The position numbers and the translations under genes are program-made. From positions 1 to 19,626 of the forward strand of contig JBBQSO010000092.1 in assembly GCA_038213805.1 (NCBI GenBank): a stretch of DNA of 19,626 nucleotides. The letters run 5' to 3'. Below are positions 13,593-19,626 of the stretch, piece by piece (within the stretch, counting starts at the first letter, position 1; each line of letters opens with the position of its first letter). This DNA comes from Planctomycetota bacterium. Its GTDB lineage: Bacteria > Planctomycetota > UBA11346. A model generated the notes under the pieces. That model was not told the DNA's origin and did no database searches. It saw only the letters and a list, made by a program, of their open reading frames with translations.

Positions 13593-14680
13593 AGTGCTGG
13601 CTGGTCAAACGCGTCCTTCCCCTGACCACGCCCCTGATCACCGCGTCCGGGCCGATCACCGAGCGCACGGTCTGGGCGTTGGCCATCGATGACGGCCTCG
13701 GCCACACCGGCCTGGGCGAGGCGGCGCCATTGCCGGACTTCGGCAGCGAGGCGCCGGAGAGCTGCCTGGGTGCGCTGCGCACCGCGCTGGGCGTGCTCAA
13801 GGCGGATTTCATCAGCCGCTGGCTCGACCGCGGCCGCTGCGACGCGCCGCTCGGCCAGATGGAGAAGCTGCTCACCGGCGCGCCCTGCGCGCGCCAGGCG
13901 ATCGAGGGCGCGCTCCTCGACCTGCTCGCGCAGCAGCAGGGCAAGCCGCTCGCCACCCTGCTCGCCGAGGGCCTGGGCACCGCGCCGGCGGCGCGCCTGC
14001 CGGTCAACGCCCTGCTCAGCGGGCCGCTCGACGTCGTGACCGAATCGGCGCGGTTGCTCGCCAAGGCCGGCTTCGCCTGCTTCAAGCTCAAGCTCAGCGG
14101 CGAGATGGGCCAGGACCTGGAGCGCATCTACAGCGTGCGCGCAGCAATCGGCACCGAGGCCAAGCTGCGCGTCGACGCCAACGCCAGCTGGACCCTGGCC
14201 CAGGCCCAGGAGTTCGCGGTCGAGGCCGGCGACGCCGACCTCGAGTACGTCGAGCAGCCGCTCATCGCCCACGACCTCGCCGGGCTCGCCCAGCTGCGCC
14301 GCCGCACCGGCCTGAAGATCGCCGTCGACGAGGGCGTGCGCGTGCCGGGCGACGTCGGCCGCGTCGCCGCCGCCCAGGCCGCCGACGTGGTGGTGCTCAA
14401 GCCGATGTTCCTGGGCGGCTGGCGCCCGACGCTGCAGGCGCAGCGCCTGGCCGCCTCGTGCGGCATCGGCGTGGTGCTGACCACCGCCATCGACGGCGCG
14501 GTCGGCCGCGCGCACGCCACCCACTACGCCGCAGCGCTCAACCTCACCGCGCACGCCCAGGGCTTGGCCACCGGCGTGCTGCTGACCGAGGACCTCACCA
14601 CCGCGCCGCTGACCGTGACCAGCGGCTTCCTGACCATCGGCGGCACGCCCGGCCTGGGCGTGGGTGGGCTGAGGCCGTAA
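13589..14680 (+). CDS. menC: o-succinylbenzoate synthase (enolase superfamily), 363 aa
   Basis: GEAAPLP, FKLK, RVDAN, EQP, DE and LKP motifs; ATGA overlap with the menA stop. Confidence 0.9.
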   Translation: MKCWLVKRVLPLTTPLITASGPITERTVWALAIDDGLGHTGLGEAAPLPDFGSEAPESCLGALRTALGVLKADFISRWLDRGRCDAPLGQMEKLLTGAPCARQAIEGALLDLLAQQQGKPLATLLAEGLGTAPAARLPVNALLSGPLDVVTESARLLAKAGFACFKLKLSGEMGQDLERIYSVRAAIGTEAKLRVDANASWTLAQAQEFAVEAGDADLEYVEQPLIAHDLAGLAQLRRRTGLKIAVDEGVRVPGDVGRVAAAQAADVVVLKPMFLGGWRPTLQAQRLAASCGIGVVLTTAIDGAVGRAHATHYAAALNLTAHAQGLATGVLLTEDLTTAPLTVTSGFLTIGGTPGLGVGGLRP

Positions 14681-14693
14681 GCGTGGCGTCTGG

Positions 14694-16166
14694 ATGAGCG
14701 CGGCGCCGCGCACCTGGCTGCTGGATTTCACGCCCTGCCCCGCCGGCTTTCCGGGGCCGTGGCGCTGGCTGCCGCCGGGAGTCGGCGCGGCCATGGACTG
14801 GCTGCGCGCCGCCGGCCTTGAGCGCGGCGCACGCGCCGGCCTTGCCGGACTCAACACCCCGGCGACGGCGGCGCTGCTGCTCGCCGCGCCACTCGCCGGC
14901 GTCACCCTCGTGCTGCTCAACCGCCGCCTCGCGCCCGATGACCTCGCCGCGCAGGCGGCCCAGGCGCGCGTCACCGCGGTACTGGCAGCGCCCGGCCACC
15001 CGCTCGCCGCGCACCCGGCGGCACACCTGCTGCCCGAGAGCTTTCCTGCCGGCCCGCCGCGCCTGCCGCCCACCCCGCTCGCCGACAGCGAGGCCGCGCT
15101 GGTGCTGTTCACCAGCGGCACCACCGGCGCGCCGCGCGCAGCGCGCCTGGATCTCGCGGCGCTGCGCGCGGCCGGCGCGGCCGCGGTCGCCCACCTCGGC
15201 CTCGGCCCCCACGAGCGCTGGCTGGCCTGCCTGCCGCTCGACCACATCGGCGGCGCGAGCATGGTCACGCGCGCCGCGTTGTCCGGCTGCGCGCTGCTGC
15301 TGGTCGAGCGCTTCGCCGCCGACGCCATCGCGCCGGCCCTTACGATGCATGGCATCACGGGACTGAGCGTGGTGCCGACCATGCTCCGCCGCCTGGTCGA
15401 CGCGCAGTCAGGGCGACGGTGGCCGACGCCGCTCCGCACCATCCTCACCGGCGGTGGCCCCCTGGATGCCGAGCTCATCGCACGCTGCACCGCGCTCGGC
15501 GTCGCGCCCAGCCAGACCTACGGGCTCACCGAGGCCGCCAGCCAAGTCTGCACGCTGCTGCCGGAGGAGGCCGCCGCCCATCCCGGCAGCGCCGGGCGGG
15601 CGCTGCCGGGCATGGCGCTGCGCATCCGCGACGACGCGGGCGCCGCCGCCCCCGCCGGCACGGTCGGCGAGATCCTGGTGCGCGGGCCGGGGCTGTTCAG
15701 CGGCTACGAACAGGCGGACGGCACGCTCAGCGCCCCGCCTGCCGACGGCTGGTTCGCCACCGGCGACCTCGGCGAGGTTGACGCCACCGGCTTCCTGACC
15801 GTGCATTGCCGGCGCACCGATCTGATCCTCAGCGGCGGCGAGAACCTCTATCCGGCCGAGCTCGAGGGCGTGCTCGCCACCCATCCAGGCGTGGCCGACG
15901 TCGCGGTGGTACCCCATCCCGACGCGGAATGGGGCCAGGTCCCCATCGCCCTGCTGGTCGCGCGGCACGCACCCCTGCCGGACGCCGAACTGGCCACCTG
16001 GATCGCCGCCCGCCTGCCCGGCTTCAAGCGCCCACGTCGCTGGTCCTGGGTCGCCGGCCTGCCGCGCACCGCCACCGGCAAGCTGCAGCGTCATCTCCTG
16101 GGGGGTCCGGAAGTCCGGAAGTCCGGGAGTCCGGAAGGCGAGGGGGAGCGGCGGTCAGCGGTATGA
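14694..16166 (+). CDS. menE: o-succinylbenzoate-CoA ligase (AMP-binding), 490 aa
   Basis: FTSGTTG, TYGLTEAASQV, TGDLG, SGGENLYPAE, LPRTATGKLQR; men-cluster context. Confidence 0.9.
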   Translation: MSAAPRTWLLDFTPCPAGFPGPWRWLPPGVGAAMDWLRAAGLERGARAGLAGLNTPATAALLLAAPLAGVTLVLLNRRLAPDDLAAQAAQARVTAVLAAPGHPLAAHPAAHLLPESFPAGPPRLPPTPLADSEAALVLFTSGTTGAPRAARLDLAALRAAGAAAVAHLGLGPHERWLACLPLDHIGGASMVTRAALSGCALLLVERFAADAIAPALTMHGITGLSVVPTMLRRLVDAQSGRRWPTPLRTILTGGGPLDAELIARCTALGVAPSQTYGLTEAASQVCTLLPEEAAAHPGSAGRALPGMALRIRDDAGAAAPAGTVGEILVRGPGLFSGYEQADGTLSAPPADGWFATGDLGEVDATGFLTVHCRRTDLILSGGENLYPAELEGVLATHPGVADVAVVPHPDAEWGQVPIALLVARHAPLPDAELATWIAARLPGFKRPRRWSWVAGLPRTATGKLQRHLLGGPEVRKSGSPEGEGERRSAV

Positions 16167-16316
16167 GGAGGTGCCTGATCCAGCATCTGCCGCCCCCAGG
16201 GCGGGTCCTCTGTCACCTTGATCGGGCCCGCCCTGCAAGAGCTTCGGCATAGGGCGTGTCCACCAACCTAGGGCCAGGAGACTGCCGGACTTCCGGACTC
16301 CCGGACTTCCGGACCC
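16103..16316. repeat. Second inverted pair of GTCCGGAA-type octamer arrays (arms 16103-16136 and 16283-16316)
   Basis: Left arm GG-GTCCGGAA-GTCCGGAA-GTCCGGGA-GTCCGGAA; right arm TGCCGGAC-TTCCGGAC-TCCCGGAC-TTCCGGAC-CC. Same unit as 4860-5020. Confidence 0.92.
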
Positions 16317-16417
16317 TGCCCATTATTCGATTGCGCGATTTCCGCTTCGCAGGCATATTCTGACCGCGTGTGGTGCAGGGTCCGCTGGACCTCGACTGCG
16401 CATCTCCAGGAGCCGCG

Positions 16418-16786
16418 ATGAGCCCGTCGAGCCAAGTCCTCCAGTTCGAAGAGCACGGCGTGCACACCATCGCCTTCCACCAGGACGAGAACGGCGTGGC
16501 GAACGCCGACGTGGTCCAGAGCTACTTCGCCACCGATTTCCTCAAGACCACCCATGGCATCAAGCGCCTGGTCATCGACCTGTCCGGAGTCGGCACCCTC
16601 AATTCGGCCAGCCTCGGTCCGCTGGTGCAGAAGTTGCGCGAGATCCAGGACCTCAAGGGCAGCCTGGCCCTGGCCGGGGTGACGTCGCCCGCGCTCCGCG
16701 AGATCTTCGCCTTGACCCGTTTCGACAAGGTCTTCCCGATCTACCCCCTGCGCGCCGAGGCGATCCGCGCCCTGGTCGGGGCCTGA
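16418..16786 (+). CDS. STAS-domain anti-sigma-factor antagonist (SpoIIAA/RsbV-like), 122 aa
   Basis: LVIDLSGVGTLNSASLGPLV and LREIFALTRFDKVFPIY; AGGAG RBS at 16408-16412. Confidence 0.88.
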   Translation: MSPSSQVLQFEEHGVHTIAFHQDENGVANADVVQSYFATDFLKTTHGIKRLVIDLSGVGTLNSASLGPLVQKLREIQDLKGSLALAGVTSPALREIFALTRFDKVFPIYPLRAEAIRALVGA

Positions 16787-16873
16787 TATCAAGGGCAAGA
16801 CGCCGCTGCCTTTCCAGTTGCAGTATGGAGAACGGCCTTATGGTCCCTCTCCCGTTTCACCCAAGGGATCTCT

Positions 16874-17362
16874 ATGGCAGTCCGCATCCGCCTTTCTCGT
16901 TTCGGCCGCCTCCACAGGCCTTTCTTCCGCATCGTCGCCATCGACGGACGCTGCCATCGTGAAGGCAAGGCCAACGAGATCCTGGGCTCCTACGACCCGC
17001 TCAAGCCGGAAAAGACCGTCGAGGTCGACATGGCCCGCGTCGAAGCCTGGGTGAACCTGGGTGCGCAGATCAGCGATGGCCTGCGCGCGCTGCTCAAGCA
17101 CGGCGGCTATGCCGTGCCCAAGGCCAAGACCACCGTCGCCGCAAAGGCCCCGGTGAAGGCCGAGAAGAAGGGCCCCGCCGGCAAGAAGGGCGAGAAGCAG
17201 CCCTGGGCCGCCCCCAGCCGCCGCTCGCTGCAGAAGCACGCCGCCACGCAGAAGGCCGCCCGCAAGGTCCAGACCGAAGCGGACAAGGCCAAGGCCGACG
17301 CCGCCAAGGCGGCTGCGGCCCCCGCCGCCGAAGCCCCGGCCGCCGAGGCTCCCAAGGCGTGA
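16874..17362 (+). CDS. rpsP: 30S ribosomal protein S16 with Ala/Lys-rich C-terminal extension, 162 aa
   Basis: MAVRIRLSRFGRLHRPFFRIVAIDGR...EILGSYDP...WVNLGAQIS. Confidence 0.97.
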   Translation: MAVRIRLSRFGRLHRPFFRIVAIDGRCHREGKANEILGSYDPLKPEKTVEVDMARVEAWVNLGAQISDGLRALLKHGGYAVPKAKTTVAAKAPVKAEKKGPAGKKGEKQPWAAPSRRSLQKHAATQKAARKVQTEADKAKADAAKAAAAPAAEAPAAEAPKA

Positions 17363-17404
17363 ACCGCTGACCCGGCCACTGGCCGCGTCGCTGGAATCAA
17401 GAAC

Positions 17405-17433
17405 GAGGCCGGGCCCACGCCCGGCCTCATTTT
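17405..17433 (+). terminator. Intrinsic terminator after rpsP
   Basis: 10-bp stem GAGGCCGGGC-CCAC-GCCCGGCCTC followed by ATTTT. Confidence 0.8.
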
Positions 17434-17452
17434 GTTGGAAAAACTTCGTTTT

Positions 17453-17485
17453 GTTGGGGGAGCGACAGCAGACCGCTCCCCCAAC
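17453..17485. repeat. 12-bp inverted repeat (REP-like hairpin)
   Basis: GTTGGGGGAGCG-(9 nt)-CGCTCCCCCAAC. Confidence 0.7.
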
Positions 17486-17684
17486 GAACGCGCCTACGGC
17501 GCTGCCCCCGTCGCGAGGGCGGACAGACTTGAGAGCATGAGGCACTCGCTCCTCGCCGCTCGCGCCGCTCGCCTCGCGCAGGTCGCTCGCCACTATCGGA
17601 GCGGACAAGCCCCTCCACTCCATTGCCCACGCCTGGTGGCATCCTCGCGCCGAGCGCCTCACCCAGCCCAAGCCCAAGCCCCGC

Positions 17685-19340
17685 ATGACCGCCACCGTCC
17701 GCCACGTGCAGATCGACGCGCTCGAGGTTCCGCTCGGCGCGCTGCAGCGGCTGCCGCCGCAGTCGCTCGACCACCACCTCGAGCCGTGGATCGCCAAGCA
17801 CTGCGCCATCCCGGTTGCCGATGTGATTGGCTACGAGATCGAGCGGCGCAGCCTGGACGCGCGGCGTAAGCCCGAGCTGCTGTTCGTCTACAACCTCATC
17901 GTCCAGGTGCGCGAGGACAGCGCGGTGCGCGAGCGTCCGGGCACGGTGGTGCTGGCGGCGCCGCCGGCGCACGACGACGGCCTCGGCGAACTTGCGCTGC
18001 GCACGCCGCTGCCGCTGCATCCGATCATCGTCGGCGCCGGGCCGGCCGGACAGATGGCGGCCTACCTGCTCGCGCTGCACGGCTGCAAGCCGCTGGTCAT
18101 CGACCGCGGCCGCGATGCCGACCGGCGCACCGCCGACCTCGCGCGCTTCCACGCCACGCGCCAGCTCGATCCGGAGAGCAACTACCTGTTCGGCGAGGGC
18201 GGCGCCGGCACCTACAGCGACGGCAAGCTCTACACGCGGGTCAAGGACCGGCGCATGCGCTTCCTGCTCGAGGCGTTCGTCGCCGCGCGCGCGCCGCGCC
18301 ACATCCTCTACCGCCACCACCCGCACATCGGCTCCGACCTGCTGCCGCACATGTGCCGCCGCCTGCGCGAGCGCATCGTCGGCTGGGGCGGCGCCTTCCG
18401 CTGGGAGACCACCGTCACCGACGTCATCGAACAGGGCGGGCGCTGCACTGGCGTGGTGCTGGCGAATGGCGAGACCATCGCCGCGCCACTGGTGCTGATC
18501 GCGCCCGGGCACAGCGCGCGCGACCTGATCATGACGCTGCTGCGACGCGGCCTGCAACACAAGGCCAAGGGCTTCCAGCTCGGCTGCCGCATCGAGCACG
18601 AGCAGGGCCTGGTCGACCTCGGCCAGTATGCCTGCCTGCCCGGCCGCGACCTGCCCAAGCACCTGCTCGGCGCCGCCGAGTACAACCTGGTCAGCCGGCC
18701 GCCGGCGCACGTCCAGGCCGAAAACACCACCACCTTCTGCATGTGCCCGGGTGGCGAGATCATCGCCGCGACCAGCGATCCGGGCCAGCTCTCGACCAAC
18801 GGCATGAGCCGCTTCGCGCGCGCCTCGCCCTTCGCCAACGCCGGACTGATCGTCAACCAGGAGGTCGACCGCGCCGGAAACGGCTTGGCCGGCTTCGAGC
18901 TGATCAACGAGCTCGAGCGCCAGGCCTTCATGGCCGGCGGCGGCGACTACGGCTGCCCGGCGCAGTCCGCCGCGGCCTTCGTGCGCGGCGAGGCCGGACC
19001 GCCCGCGACCCGCTCCAGCTACCGCCTGGGCGTGCGCCCCGGACGCATCGACCACATCCTGCCGGAGCGTACCACCCACGCGATCCGCCAGGCGCTGCTG
19101 CACTTCGAGCGCGTCATCCCCGGATTCATGCGCCACGGCACGCTGGTCGGTGTCGAGACGCGGGTCTCAAGCCCGGTGCGCTTCGAGCGCGATCCCGAAT
19201 CCCTGGCAAGCAGCCTGCCCGGCCTCTACCTGGCCGGCGAGGGCGCCGGATACGCTGGCGGCATCGTCAGCGCCGGGCTCGACGGGCTGCGGCTGGCAGA
19301 GACCATTTTGACGGGGCAGGCAGCGCGCAGGGAGCGGTGA
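17685..19340 (+). CDS. Uncharacterised FAD/NAD(P)-dependent oxidoreductase (COG2509-like), 551 aa
   Basis: IVGAGPAG Rossmann motif, FGEGGAGTYSDGKL, PHIGSD, FCMCPGG, TNGMS, GVETRVSSPVR, GEGAGYAGGIVSA. Confidence 0.92.
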   Translation: MTATVRHVQIDALEVPLGALQRLPPQSLDHHLEPWIAKHCAIPVADVIGYEIERRSLDARRKPELLFVYNLIVQVREDSAVRERPGTVVLAAPPAHDDGLGELALRTPLPLHPIIVGAGPAGQMAAYLLALHGCKPLVIDRGRDADRRTADLARFHATRQLDPESNYLFGEGGAGTYSDGKLYTRVKDRRMRFLLEAFVAARAPRHILYRHHPHIGSDLLPHMCRRLRERIVGWGGAFRWETTVTDVIEQGGRCTGVVLANGETIAAPLVLIAPGHSARDLIMTLLRRGLQHKAKGFQLGCRIEHEQGLVDLGQYACLPGRDLPKHLLGAAEYNLVSRPPAHVQAENTTTFCMCPGGEIIAATSDPGQLSTNGMSRFARASPFANAGLIVNQEVDRAGNGLAGFELINELERQAFMAGGGDYGCPAQSAAAFVRGEAGPPATRSSYRLGVRPGRIDHILPERTTHAIRQALLHFERVIPGFMRHGTLVGVETRVSSPVRFERDPESLASSLPGLYLAGEGAGYAGGIVSAGLDGLRLAETILTGQAARRER

Positions 19341-19519
19341 AGGGTGAAGGGTGATGGCTGATGGCTGATGGCTGATAGCCGACGACCGACAGCCAATCGC
19401 TGCATGAGCACGTGCACTGCGATCGGGTCCTGCGTGCTGCGTATACCCAGCGCGCACGATTGAATCCATCGCTCGCCCCAGTCCACACGCCATCGGCCAT
19501 CAGCCATCAGCCATCAGCC
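19336..19519. repeat. Inverted pair of heptamer arrays (GCTGATG-type)n / (GCCATCA)n
   Basis: Eight drifting 7-mers at 19336-19391 (GGTGAAG x2, GGTGATG, GCTGATG x2, GCTGATA, GCCGACG, ACCGACA); GCCATCG-(GCCATCA)x3-GCC at 19489-19519. Confidence 0.9.
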
Positions 19520-19524
19520 GTCCT

Positions 19525-19626
19525 GCCCCCCCCCCCCCCCCCCCCCCCACCCCGGCAGAAAAACCCCCCCCCCCCCCAACCGAAAAAACACTAAACCACC
19601 ACCCCCCCGTGGGGGGGGCAGACACC
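19525..19626. other. Low-complexity poly-C/poly-A end, probably low-quality contig end
   Basis: A run of more than 20 C, then alternating A and C homopolymers, unlike the rest of the window. Confidence 0.7.

Noticed and set aside
10701..17384. Exact 15-mer ACCCGGCCACTGGCC at 10701-10715 and 17370-17384, both intergenic
   Set aside because: A single GC-rich 15-mer match in 20 kb can arise by chance; only two copies and the flanks differ.
11396..19136. Long minus-strand ORFs (548, 711, 569 aa) over the men genes and the oxidoreductase
   Set aside because: They overlap confidently assigned plus-strand genes and show no recognisable motifs.
19525..19626. Poly-C tract as G-quadruplex or phase-variable tract, and the 19412..19594 poly-Pro ORF
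   Set aside because: Homopolymer-rich sequence at the very end looks like low-quality read or assembly artefact.

Overview
GC-rich bacterial DNA carrying mostly housekeeping genes; a Planctomycetota/PVC origin is inferred from the groEL-groES-groEL order, the FmdB-type zinc-ribbon gene and the DUF1573-like lipoprotein. Left to right: a possible gene start at the edge (-), a DUF1573-like lipoprotein (-), stand-alone bioD (-), an FmdB-family zinc-ribbon gene, groEL1-groES-groEL2 behind a sigma54-type promoter, two exported WxxGxW-motif proteins (-), glgP, a classical menaquinone cluster menH-menB-menA-menC-menE, a STAS anti-sigma-factor antagonist, rpsP with a long tail, an FAD-dependent oxidoreductase and a probably artefactual poly-C end. 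No transposase, CRISPR array, tRNA or rRNA was seen. Four signals stand out. (1) Four gene junctions carry 7-8 bp tandem arrays facing their reverse-complement arrays, predicting long mRNA stems; some arms lie inside coding sequence. (2) A 37-aa mini-ORF bridges menB to menA through two ATGA overlaps and reads through one such arm. (3) The two GroELs have reciprocally lost the inter-ring R452/E461 pair, suggesting a hetero-oligomer. (4) The chaperonin operon has a sigma54 site plus an upstream palindrome and no visible CIRCE.
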